From a candidate division FCPU426 bacterium (lineage in GTDB: Bacteria > Oederibacteriota > Muellerivitia > Muellerivitales > Muellerivitaceae), in NCBI GenBank assembly GCA_963796105.1, contig CAWCKJ010000004.1:608001-672000 (forward strand): a stretch of DNA of 64,000 nt. Direction: 5' to 3'. Shown here piece by piece: positions 42,450 through 51,691 of the stretch (the first letter of the stretch is position 1; each line of letters opens with the position of its first letter). The notes beneath the pieces were generated by a model. The model saw only the letters and a program-made list of their open reading frames with translations, searched no databases and was not told the DNA's origin. The translations under genes and the position numbers were made by a program.

Positions 42450-44009
42450 ATGCTCATGCGAAAATCCCTCATCATTCCGGTGTTTTTTTTCGGGTTTGTC
42501 GCGCAAGCCCTCACATCAGCCCATGCCCAATGCCTCTACAGCGATTCACTGAACGAGGGCGCCCTGGCGGCCTTTTGGTCCGCGACCGACTTCAATACGG
42601 CTTTGGCGGGCGCCGGCACGCAAACGGAAGGCACAGCCCTCACCATCACCAGCGCGGACAACAATATCGTCACGGGTTCCGCGTCCGATTCCTTCCATTT
42701 CGTTTACCAGGAAGCCTCAGGCGACGCGGATATCACCCTGGAGATCGACAGCGCGCCCCCCCAGATCAACGGAAAAGTCGGAATCATGATGAGGGAACAG
42801 CTCACGACCAACTCTAATTTCGCGGGTATTTTCGCCTCCACGGGAATAGATTATCTTTTCAAGTACAGGACCACGGCGGGCGGGAACTCCGTGGAAGTGG
42901 ATTCCGCGACCTTGTCCCAATTCCCCAGCTATGTCCAATTGTCTCGGTCGGGGAATGTTTTTTCCGCTTATTACTCCCCGGATGGCGCCGCCTGGACCCT
43001 CGTCGCCACCCAAAGCGTCACCATGGCCTATCCCTATTACGTCGGCATCGCCGTCTGCGCCGCGAACAGTACCACCCCCGGTTCCGGCGTCGTCAATAAT
43101 TTCGCCGTGGTCTCAGGGGACAGCTGTACCTCGACCCCCACGCCTACCAACACAGCAACCGATACCCCGACTCCCACGGTTACCCCCACCCCCTCGCCGA
43201 CCTTAACCCCCACGATCACCCTATCCCCCACCCAGACCCAAAACCTCTCCCCGACGGCCACCCCCACGAAGACCTGGACCCGAACCCCCACCTCCACTTG
43301 GACCTTCACCTATTCCTATACCCCGGCCTACACTTTCAGCTTTACGGTCACTCCCACCATGACCTTGAGTCCCACCGACAGCCCCACTCTCACCCCCACC
43401 ATTACGGATACGCCGACTGACACTTCCACTGACACGCCATCCCCCACCGACACGGCCACTTTCACGGACACCCCCAGCCCCACGCCGACCAACACATGGA
43501 CCAATACGAATACCCCTTCATACACCCCAACCTTTACCCCTACACCCACGAACACCGCGACCAGCACATCCACGGATACAATGACCTATACAAACACCCC
43601 GTCCTACACCCCCACTAACACCTTTACCTTCACTTACACCCTGACCTTCACCCCCACCCCTACCCCAACCCCCACGCCCACGGTCTATTTGACGCCGACT
43701 TTTACCCTTTCGCCGACATCGACCCCGAACGCGGCCCTTTACCTGGACGCGAATTTCTTCAATCCGGACCAGGCCCCGTTGGGCATGGATGTGCGCGTGG
43801 ACCAGGGGGGCGGGGTCAATATCTTGGTTTTCAACCTGGCGGGCGAGGAAGTGCGCAAAATCAAGGATGAGAGCATGTCCGCCGGGAACTACCGTTCCTC
43901 CTGGGACGGGAAGAACAACGTAGGCGCCGTCGTTGGAAACGGCGTTTATTTCATCATCATCGACCAGCCCTCGGGCCGTACCACCCGGAAAGCCGTCGTC
44001 TTGAGGTAG
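42450..44009 (+). CDS. Exported protein: ConA-like (DUF1349-type) head, Pro/Thr stalk, FlgD-Ig CTD
   Basis: AHA-QC signal; FHFVYQ..SGD, KVGIMMRE, LSRSGNVFSAYYSPDG; VFNLAGEEV..WDG..GNGVYF..RKAVVLR. Confidence 0.85.
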   Translation: MLMRKSLIIPVFFFGFVAQALTSAHAQCLYSDSLNEGALAAFWSATDFNTALAGAGTQTEGTALTITSADNNIVTGSASDSFHFVYQEASGDADITLEIDSAPPQINGKVGIMMREQLTTNSNFAGIFASTGIDYLFKYRTTAGGNSVEVDSATLSQFPSYVQLSRSGNVFSAYYSPDGAAWTLVATQSVTMAYPYYVGIAVCAANSTTPGSGVVNNFAVVSGDSCTSTPTPTNTATDTPTPTVTPTPSPTLTPTITLSPTQTQNLSPTATPTKTWTRTPTSTWTFTYSYTPAYTFSFTVTPTMTLSPTDSPTLTPTITDTPTDTSTDTPSPTDTATFTDTPSPTPTNTWTNTNTPSYTPTFTPTPTNTATSTSTDTMTYTNTPSYTPTNTFTFTYTLTFTPTPTPTPTPTVYLTPTFTLSPTSTPNAALYLDANFFNPDQAPLGMDVRVDQGGGVNILVFNLAGEEVRKIKDESMSAGNYRSSWDGKNNVGAVVGNGVYFIIIDQPSGRTTRKAVVLR

Positions 44010-44046
44010 GGCTTGGCAGCCTGGCCAGTCTCAACCGCCTTTTTTC

Positions 44047-44249
44047 TGTCCACTGCGCCAAGCTGTACCGATCATCCATAAAAACATATTGAGATCGGTA
44101 CAATACCAACCTCAATAATCTTTCGTGGAAGGCTGGCATGGGGGCGGCAATGAACCATCGGTGCGATGATTTCCCCACCCCGGTCGAGCCAATAAATTCA
44201 AAATTTAAAACTCAAAATTCATCATTGTTCTACTACCCCCCCGTGGACA
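44047..44249. repeat. TGTCCAC...GTGGACA-bounded intergenic element
   Basis: TGTCCACTGCGCCAAGC left arm; AGCCAATAAATTCAAAATTTAAAA module; CCCCCCGTGGACA right arm. Confidence 0.6.
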
Positions 44250-44346
44250 GTTTTTGCTTTATTGACGTTTTGTTTGGGAAAAGGGTTGAATTTTTAAAAT
44301 CACTTTCTAAGATAACGCACCTGCACTTATTTAAAAAGGATCGCTT

Positions 44347-44820
44347 ATGGGCCAAGCTGCCCTCCTCACCATTCACTTTTTGCATGTTTTGTTCGGCTCC
44401 ATTTACTTGGGCGGTATTGTTTATATTTATTTCGAGCTTTGGCCTACCCTTCTCTCCCGTCCCTCGGCCGAGGCGCTGGATTTTTACAGGGCCATCCTGA
44501 AAAAAACCACTATCCTGATGGGCTCCTCATGCGGAATGACTTTTCTGCTGGGGATTACGCTTGGGATCGTCAATCAGCAGGTCAATTCTATCCAATCGTT
44601 GGGCACCCCTTATGGAATCACTTACTTGATCGCCCTCCTCGCTAACCTGGTCTTGTTGATCCAGGGCCCGGGGAGGGGACAGGCCCTTCTTAAAAAAGTT
44701 TGGGCCGAAAACCAATTCGCTCCCGATGCGGCCCTAACCGTGAGGAAAATGTACCGAGTGACCCTAATCGCGGTATGTATCATCATGACCTGCATGGGAC
44801 TGATGATTTTCAACCTCTGA
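44347..44820 (+). CDS. Four-TM membrane protein (CopD/DUF4149-like)
   Basis: HFLHVLFGSIYLGG N-terminal motif. Confidence 0.7.
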   Translation: MGQAALLTIHFLHVLFGSIYLGGIVYIYFELWPTLLSRPSAEALDFYRAILKKTTILMGSSCGMTFLLGITLGIVNQQVNSIQSLGTPYGITYLIALLANLVLLIQGPGRGQALLKKVWAENQFAPDAALTVRKMYRVTLIAVCIIMTCMGLMIFNL

Positions 44821-44878
44821 AAACCCTTTTCACGATTTACCCTTTAAATCAGGGGGCGCTTCCTATCCATTTTCCCCT

Positions 44879-44969
44879 TGTCCAATCCACCTCCCTGCGC
44901 CAAGCCGGGCGGCTGGGTCCCCGCCCTGTAGCGAAGCCTATGCGCATGCTATAGGGACCGCAGTGGACA
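44879..44969. repeat. TGTCCA...GTGGACA-bounded intergenic element with internal hairpin
   Basis: GCGCCAAGCC after the left arm; CCCTGTAGC/GCTATAGGG stem. Confidence 0.55.
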
Positions 44970-45114
44970 AACTTATTTTGGCCATGGGATCGAAAGCAAC
45001 AACCAGCCCAAGCCTTTTTCGGGTGCTCCAGGGCCCATAACTTCTATAATAGGCTTTGTCTTCCGCCTTGGGTGAAGGGGAGCCCCGGGGCCATCCCGTC
45101 CAAGCGAGGTCCCC

Positions 45115-46434
45115 ATGCCCGAAGAAAACGTCCAGCGAAAACTTTCCGCCATCATGTTCACGGATATCGTGGGTTACAGCAAAATGATGGGGGAGGACGA
45201 GGCCGGTTCCCTGGATTTCCTCAGGTTCCATAACGCCCTTCTGCAGGGTGAGATCGAGAAAAACGGCGGGCGGGTCATCAAGACCGTGGGCGACGCCTTC
45301 CTGGCCGACTTCAATAGCGCGGTCAACGCTGTGCGCTGCGCGGTTTCCATCCAAAAACATCTTCATGATTACAACCTGGATTTTACCCGCTCCAGCGGGA
45401 AGAACCGGCAGGTGCGCATCGGCATTCACATCGGGGACGTGGTGATGTCGAACAACGACATTTTCGGGGATGGGGTCAATATCGCGGCGCGTCTCCAGCC
45501 CATCGCCGAGCCGGGCGGCATCTGCGTTTCCCAGGACGTTTACAACCACATCAAGAACCAGGTGGAATTTCACGCCACATCCCTTGGCCCCCATGAGCTC
45601 AAGAACATCGCCCAGAAGATCGAGATTTATAAGATCGTCATGGAGGTCATGGGCGGGGCAAAGGACAGGGTCATACCCCATCCCCATGTGGAAGCCAAAA
45701 AGAACATGGGCCTTAAAATGCTCCTCGGCTTGCTGCTGGCCGTGATCATCCTGGCCGCTTCGGCGGGTTTGTTCTGGTATTTTTTCCCGCCCAAACATAC
45801 CGTCTTTAAGACGAGGTACGGATTCAACTCGTTTTTCATGTCCAGGCAATCCGACCAGCAAATCGTATTGTGCTCGAAACCCGGCAACGAATTAAATCGC
45901 AACCCCCAAAATGGCCTGCTCACATTCCATTATTACACCAGCGGCACGGACGGAAGCGGGGTCACCTTTTATCCCATCAACGGGCCTTTTGCCGATGACA
46001 AATACGCCATCGTGGAAGGCTGCGATATGGTTCAACTTCATGGCATGGCCCCGGCGGGCCTGCGGTTCCAGGTCTCGATCAACGAGGCGGGCGTGGGAGC
46101 GCCTGGCGCGGCATCTTATCCGGGGGTAAACGGCGCCGATGGGGAACAATACCAAAGCCCGGTGATCACGGGTTTCGGAAAGTGGAAGGTCTATCAAATC
46201 AAGTTATCCGAGTTCATCCCCAGCGCTGTTTGGGGGAATCAAAACGGCAATAAGGTTTTGGACCTGAAATCCATTGATTCGTTGGGACTGGACATTCCGG
46301 CGAATCAGGGAACCGGGGACTTTAGGATCATGAGCATCGTGTTTGGAAAGTTAAACCCCGGAAATCGCGATAAAATGATTGTCCCCGTCCTGCGAGGGGC
46401 CCCGCCTGGCGGGAATCCGGCCGGCACACGGTAA
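45115..46434 (+). CDS. Class III adenylate cyclase domain + TM + extracytoplasmic CBM11/CIA30-like domain
   Basis: MFTDIVGYS, KTVGD, RIGIHIG, DIFGDGVNIAARLQ; DGEQY..WKVYQIKLSEF..LDLKSI. Confidence 0.85.
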   Translation: MPEENVQRKLSAIMFTDIVGYSKMMGEDEAGSLDFLRFHNALLQGEIEKNGGRVIKTVGDAFLADFNSAVNAVRCAVSIQKHLHDYNLDFTRSSGKNRQVRIGIHIGDVVMSNNDIFGDGVNIAARLQPIAEPGGICVSQDVYNHIKNQVEFHATSLGPHELKNIAQKIEIYKIVMEVMGGAKDRVIPHPHVEAKKNMGLKMLLGLLLAVIILAASAGLFWYFFPPKHTVFKTRYGFNSFFMSRQSDQQIVLCSKPGNELNRNPQNGLLTFHYYTSGTDGSGVTFYPINGPFADDKYAIVEGCDMVQLHGMAPAGLRFQVSINEAGVGAPGAASYPGVNGADGEQYQSPVITGFGKWKVYQIKLSEFIPSAVWGNQNGNKVLDLKSIDSLGLDIPANQGTGDFRIMSIVFGKLNPGNRDKMIVPVLRGAPPGGNPAGTR

Positions 46435-46574
46435 AGCCGGCCTTCCAGCTCCAAGTCATAAAAAAGAGGCCAGGTTCCACGCGCCTCAGCGTGGGTCAGC
46501 GCCAATCTATATTTTGACAATCGTCCAATGCGGCCGGCCCCCCGGAACCTGCCGGGCAAAAAAAAGGGTTCGGC

Positions 46575-48680
46575 CTACCTGAGAACGATCACTTTTCTTA
46601 TCAATCTTCCGGACGCTTCCTCGATGATCACGAAATAAACGGCGTTCCCCACGATAACGCCATCATTGTTGGTCCCATCCCACTGGACCCTGTAATTGCC
46701 AACGCCCCTGTATCCGTCCATGACCTTCTTGACTTCCTCCCCAGCGATGTTGAAAACCTTGATTTTGACGCCGCCGGCTTGATCCACCCTCACGTCCATC
46801 CCCAAGGGGCCCTTGTCGGGATTGAAATAGTTGACGTCCAAGTACAACTCGGCATTCGGGGTGTTCGTAGGCAGCGGGGTATTAGTGATGGTGAAGGTGT
46901 CGGTGATGGTTGGCGTTTGGGTCAGCGTGGGTGTGTTTGTGGGAGTCGGGGTGTTTGTGGCTGTGGGCGTCGGGGTGGCGGTGTAGGCGGAGGTCGGGGT
47001 CTCAGTCGCTGTTGAAGTATTGGTCGGGGTGTAAGTGAAGGTATAAGTGTAAGTGGGAGTGTATGACGGGGTGTTCGTATAGGTCATTGTATTCGTGGAT
47101 GTGCTGGTCGCGGTGTTCGTGAGTGTAGGTGAATAGGTATAGGTAAATGAAAAAGTAGGCGTAGCCGTGGGGGTGTCTGACGGCGACGGGGTAAAGGTAG
47201 GCGTCGGGGTTTGGGTTGGGGTATTGCTGGACGTGGCCGTTTTGGTCGGCGTGTTCGTCTGCGTGGGCGTATTGGTCCAGGTGTTCGTAGCGGTGGGTGT
47301 CGATGTATTCGTGACCGTTGGCGTGTAGGAAAGGGTATTAGTAGGCGTATTGGATGGCGTATCGGTCGGTGTGTCCGACCATGTGGGCGTGTCAGATGGA
47401 ATATCAGTCGGTGTGGCGGTTGGCGTGTAGGAAACAGTATCTGTCGGCGTGTTGGATGGGGTATCGGACGGCATTTCCGTCTGAGTGGGTGTATTGGTCC
47501 AGGTGTTCGTAGCGGTGGGTGTCGATGTATTCGTGACCGTTGGCGTGTTGGAAAAAGTATTCGTCGGCGTATTGGAAATCGTGGGTGTCGGCGTCAATGT
47601 CGGTGTATCGGATGGCGTATCGGTCGGCGTGTCCGACCATGTGGGCGTAACCGTAGCCGTGTTGGTCGGCGTCGGGGTGGCCGAAGGGGTGAAGGTTGGC
47701 GTGATGGTCGGTGTAAAAGAGTTTGTGGAGGTAGCGGTAGGCGAAGCGGTAGGGGTAGCCGAAAAAGTCGGTGTTGCCGAACCCGTTGGGGTATTGGTGG
47801 GGGTTCGAGTCGGGGTATAGGTGGGGGTCGGAGTCGGGGTGGGGGTCGGACCGCCGCTCAAAATTTCGACAGCCCAGCCATACCCGGTCGACGACATATT
47901 GTTGGGGTTGAAGCTCTGGCTGATGCTGACGGCTGACGTGGTCCCGGGCGAATAATCGCCGAAAGCAAAGCCTAACGAGTCAGAACCCATCGTGGCCGGG
48001 GTCAGGGGAAATTGACCGGCGCCATTGACCACGGCGTAACTGCCAGGATTCGTGCTTCCCTGCGTCAAAAGCACCTGAAGAATCGTGCTGGTGGAACTCA
48101 ATGGCGTGAAACTAAAGGAAACAGTCGCGGGTGTGCTGTTGGCCGGGCTAGTGACGTAATTCGTGGCGTTGACGCTGGTCGCGCCGATGGGGGACGCGCT
48201 TGCCGCGTTGCTGTAGGTCCACCACTCGTATCTCCAGGAACAGGAACTGTTGCCGCAGGCCAAACCCGTGCTGCCCCCGGCGATGGTCAGCGCGTGGGCG
48301 GACGCGGGGTTCGCGATATAGTAAAGAGACCGGTACGCGGTTTGGCTGGCCGCGTACGTGATGGGGCCGCCCAGGCTTGTCATCGCGGCGCCGTTATAAG
48401 TGATCGTGCCGGGCGTTGTCCCCCAAAAGGAGCCGTCAGCCTCAAGCAAGACGAACAAAACATAACTGCCCCCGGCGGAGGCGCCGAAATTGAGGGCGGA
48501 AACGGTGACACCGAGGCTGGTCAAGGAAGATGAAACCGTCGCGTCGCTGTCATAGCTGGAAACGGCGGCTTTGGCGTTTCCAGCGGAAAAAACCAGGACC
48601 AGGAATAATAAGGCGGCGATTAGTTTTGACCCCATTCGGGCTCTTGGGCTCTTCGCGCGGGGGGATATCGCAAACGTCAA
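46575..48680 (-). CDS. Exported protein: unknown head, Pro/Thr stalk, FlgD-Ig CTD (start codon uncertain)
   Basis: Signal ending [44 protein letters not shown]. Confidence 0.83.
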   Translation of the reverse strand: MTFAISPRAKSPRARMGSKLIAALLFLVLVFSAGNAKAAVSSYDSDATVSSSLTSLGVTVSALNFGASAGGSYVLFVLLEADGSFWGTTPGTITYNGAAMTSLGGPITYAASQTAYRSLYYIANPASAHALTIAGGSTGLACGNSSCSWRYEWWTYSNAASASPIGATSVNATNYVTSPANSTPATVSFSFTPLSSTSTILQVLLTQGSTNPGSYAVVNGAGQFPLTPATMGSDSLGFAFGDYSPGTTSAVSISQSFNPNNMSSTGYGWAVEILSGGPTPTPTPTPTYTPTRTPTNTPTGSATPTFSATPTASPTATSTNSFTPTITPTFTPSATPTPTNTATVTPTWSDTPTDTPSDTPTLTPTPTISNTPTNTFSNTPTVTNTSTPTATNTWTNTPTQTEMPSDTPSNTPTDTVSYTPTATPTDIPSDTPTWSDTPTDTPSNTPTNTLSYTPTVTNTSTPTATNTWTNTPTQTNTPTKTATSSNTPTQTPTPTFTPSPSDTPTATPTFSFTYTYSPTLTNTATSTSTNTMTYTNTPSYTPTYTYTFTYTPTNTSTATETPTSAYTATPTPTATNTPTPTNTPTLTQTPTITDTFTITNTPLPTNTPNAELYLDVNYFNPDKGPLGMDVRVDQAGGVKIKVFNIAGEEVKKVMDGYRGVGNYRVQWDGTNNDGVIVGNAVYFVIIEEASGRLIRKVIVLR

Positions 48681-49078
48681 TAAAAACTTAGGTAAAAGGG
48701 TTAACTTGAGTAGGACAAACTTTTTCTTCGCTATGATGAGCTCGCAAAATATGTTTTCGGGGTGAGTGAATTAAGAAATGGTAATTACCTGTAATTATAT
48801 CAGATTCCCCCCATCTCGGAGACCGTTGGAAATCGCCTTAAAACAACCCAAATCCGGGATTTCCCCGATGACCTGCCCCGAGTGTCATCGAGGCCCTGCC
48901 ACTCGCTGTGCCGATTTACAATAAGATGGTAATAGAAATCGGTACTATGCCAGCCTCACTATTGGGCTTATCGTAGGCTGGTATGCGGTGCGAGGGGGCT
49001 TTCTCTTGTAACATTGCCGCGGTGTAATGAGATCCCCGCCGTGGATAACTTAATAAACTTGCCCAATTTTCTGTTCAT

Positions 49079-49786
49079 TCATTTCTTCCCAGCCAGGTTC
49101 TTCAGGAACTGTTCCATCTCGTGGTTGGCGGCATCCCAAAAGGAATTGAAAATCTGGTGTTGGAAGGAGTCGCAGCCGTTCGCCTGCCAAAGGAGGCTTC
49201 CATCCCTCGTGGAAATAAGGAAAAGCTCGAATGCACCCACCTTGTTGTAACCCCGCGTGAACGTGGCGTCGTCCCGTTCCAGGATGGACTGCCGGCGGAA
49301 GTAATCGATCATCTTTCCATCCATGTTTTCACGGATCTTGACGGGACAGCCGAAAGTCCCGTAATAATCGATGATTCCCACCAAGGCATAGGGCTTTCCA
49401 CCGGAGAGCGCGGAAAGTCTTTCAGCGCTGAAGGGATACTTGCCCGGTTGATCGGGGCGGAACACATGAAGAAGTAATGCGCCCTGGTCGGCCGCGGCGG
49501 CGGGAACGGCTTCCACCGTGAGGTCCCATTTTTTCGCGTTTTTCAACAGGGCGGCTTGGACCTCCGAAACGGCTTTGTCCGCGGAGGGTATTTCGGTCAA
49601 CGGGGCCTGAAGAAAGGTTTTTTTACTTCCCGTCTGCCAAATTTTACTGGATCCGTAAAAACTGCCCAAATACGCGATATCGCCCGCCGGTACGGTGAAC
49701 CCGGGCGCCGGGCTGTAAATTTCATTCGGCCAAGCGTTCGCGAAAGATAAAAAAAAGAAGATTAAAGATAAAAAAGACAGCTTCAT
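49079..49786 (-). CDS. Secreted hypothetical protein
   Basis: GGAGG RBS before MKLSFL; signal peptide. Confidence 0.72.
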   Translation of the reverse strand: MKLSFLSLIFFFLSFANAWPNEIYSPAPGFTVPAGDIAYLGSFYGSSKIWQTGSKKTFLQAPLTEIPSADKAVSEVQAALLKNAKKWDLTVEAVPAAAADQGALLLHVFRPDQPGKYPFSAERLSALSGGKPYALVGIIDYYGTFGCPVKIRENMDGKMIDYFRRQSILERDDATFTRGYNKVGAFELFLISTRDGSLLWQANGCDSFQHQIFNSFWDAANHEMEQFLKNLAGKK

Positions 49787-49896
49787 AAAGGCCTCCATTT
49801 GGTAAATAAGCGGTTTATCATTTCCTCTCTTTGATATTCCAATTTGGAATATCAAAGTTTTACTCTTTTCTCAGTTAGATACCATTCTAATCTGCC

Positions 49897-50111
49897 TGTC
49901 CACGATCCCCGCGCCAAGCCGACCCGTCTCCGACGTGTGTCCCGAAGCTTGAGTGTAGGGATAAGATTGAGCTCAGGGACAAGTCTTGACGTAGGGAGAG
50001 GAGCTTAAATCTTTATTTGTGGACAAGCCAAACAATTCAAAACCTGGCCCCGAGTCACATCGAATGGTTTAAAATTCAGAATTGTTGTACTTCCCCTCGT
50101 CGTAGTGGACA
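49897..50111. repeat. Compound TGTCCAC...GTGGACA...GTGGACA element
   Basis: Left arm with GCGCCAAGCC; GTGGACA at 50019 and 50105; 23 bp identical to 51654-51676. Confidence 0.65.
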
Positions 50112-50129
50112 ACTTAAATCGCTGTTTTT

Positions 50130-51167
50130 TTATCCTTTGGCCGAAGGCAATCGGTAACTAGCGGATTTCGTGCTTCCGGCCTTAGCCACCAACCCCGCCT
50201 TCACCAGCGGTTTCATTAATTTGCTGAAATTGGACCGCGATATTTTGAGCGCAATGGCCATTTCCCCGCCCGGCATGGAAGCGACAGCCCCTAAAGTCCT
50301 CAAAATTTGTTCTTGTTGGCGGTTCAACAATATTCGTTTTGCCCGCGTGCCGGCCCGAAGAACCTGAATTCTCCGTTGTGTTTTTCGGAGGGTTTCCACC
50401 ACGCCTTCCGCTACGTATTCCAGCCAGGAAGTCAGATTGTCCGCCTCCTTCCTGACTTTTTGAATTTGCCAGTAATACCTCGGCCGGTCTGTTTCAAAAA
50501 ACTCGTCCAACGCGAAGATGTGGTGCGTATCGAAACCTTTTCGGTAGAGAACCCAGGATTCCAAAGCCCGGGCCAAGCGCCCGTTTCCATCCATCACGGG
50601 ATGGATGGACACCAATCGGTGGTGGACAACCGCGGCCACAACGAGGACATGTTCCTTCCGTGCCTGGGTGGATCCGATCCAAGCCAATAGGCCCCTTGTC
50701 AGAATGGGAGCGGCCTCCGGGGGCGGCGGGCGGTAAATCACTTCCCGTCCCTTGAAAACCGCGTTAGGCGCCTTTTTATAAACACCCGCATCCGCCGCGG
50801 GAATGGTGCCCGCCGTTAACAAACCGTGCATTTTGAGAAGGTCTTTTTCGGCGACAGCCCTTCGCGGGCTCTTTTGCCAAATCCACCTCAAGGTTGCGAG
50901 ATAGTTCAAGACTTCGCGTTTAGCCTTAGCCTCAATTTCCAGGTCCTTTCCCTCGGCGAGGGCCCGCACTTCCGGCAGGGTCAAGGGATTTCCTTCTATC
51001 CGGGTTGAATAATGAGCCAATCGGGCGATAGTGTCCCGTTGGATCTCGGCAATCCAGGAAACGTCCACGGATTGCTGTTGAATCCAAGTCCTCAATTCCG
51101 CCGCCAAGGTTAGTCGTCGGACGAAATCAGGGGATCTCTCAAATTTCGGATGATAGGTAAGAATCAT
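50130..51167 (-). CDS. Fic family protein with N-terminal inhibitory motif and C-terminal HTH
   Basis: STRIEGN; HPVMDGNGRLAR. Confidence 0.92.
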   Translation of the reverse strand: MILTYHPKFERSPDFVRRLTLAAELRTWIQQQSVDVSWIAEIQRDTIARLAHYSTRIEGNPLTLPEVRALAEGKDLEIEAKAKREVLNYLATLRWIWQKSPRRAVAEKDLLKMHGLLTAGTIPAADAGVYKKAPNAVFKGREVIYRPPPPEAAPILTRGLLAWIGSTQARKEHVLVVAAVVHHRLVSIHPVMDGNGRLARALESWVLYRKGFDTHHIFALDEFFETDRPRYYWQIQKVRKEADNLTSWLEYVAEGVVETLRKTQRRIQVLRAGTRAKRILLNRQQEQILRTLGAVASMPGGEMAIALKISRSNFSKLMKPLVKAGLVAKAGSTKSASYRLPSAKG

Positions 51168-51241
51168 GAAAACAGCCTATCGGGGGATAATTTAATTGTC
51201 AACTAATTGTTTCCATATTTGTTTCGAACCCTGTAAACTCT

Positions 51242-51268
51242 TATCCACGAAGGCCCCCGTCGTGGACA
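51242..51268. repeat. Short TATCCACGA...TCGTGGACA hairpin
   Basis: 9-bp stem, 7 bp from the stop of the 51276 gene. Confidence 0.6.
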
Positions 51269-51275
51269 GGACCAT

Positions 51276-51572
51276 TTAAGTTTTTTTAGTCCGTTTTGCA
51301 AAATAAGCTTTAACGGCGGTTTCCGGACTTTCTACGGGTGGCAATCCTAAGACGGTCGCGAAATTCGCTTTCTTCCTTGCCTCAAAATACCATCCATAGG
51401 CCTGTTTTGCTGTCGGATGGTCTTTTAGTTCAAAGACTTCCACCAATCCTTCCCAAGCGGTCCTGTTTTGGTAAACCTCTTTTACCCATGCCGACTTAAG
51501 ATGCTTTGCCTCGCATGAAAATTTCCGCTTAATTGCGGATGTAAGGGCCTCAAGGTATTCCGTGTTATCCAT
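51276..51572 (-). CDS. Conserved hypothetical protein
   Basis: WEGLVEVFEL..HP.A..AYGW..VL..PPVESP..AVKA pattern. Confidence 0.75.
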   Translation of the reverse strand: MDNTEYLEALTSAIKRKFSCEAKHLKSAWVKEVYQNRTAWEGLVEVFELKDHPTAKQAYGWYFEARKKANFATVLGLPPVESPETAVKAYFAKRTKKT

Positions 51573-51605
51573 TTATCTTTCTGACACCTGTCTTTCGATT
51601 AATTT

Positions 51606-51691
51606 CCCACTCCACGTCGGCTCCCCGTCGCGAGTAAGCCAACTCATTCAAAATTTAAAATTCAGAATTGTTGTACATCCCTCCTCGCGGG
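51606..51691. repeat. Degenerate copy of the dispersed intergenic element
   Basis: AAGCCAACTCATTCAAAATTTAAAATTCAGAATTGTTGTAC. Confidence 0.6.
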
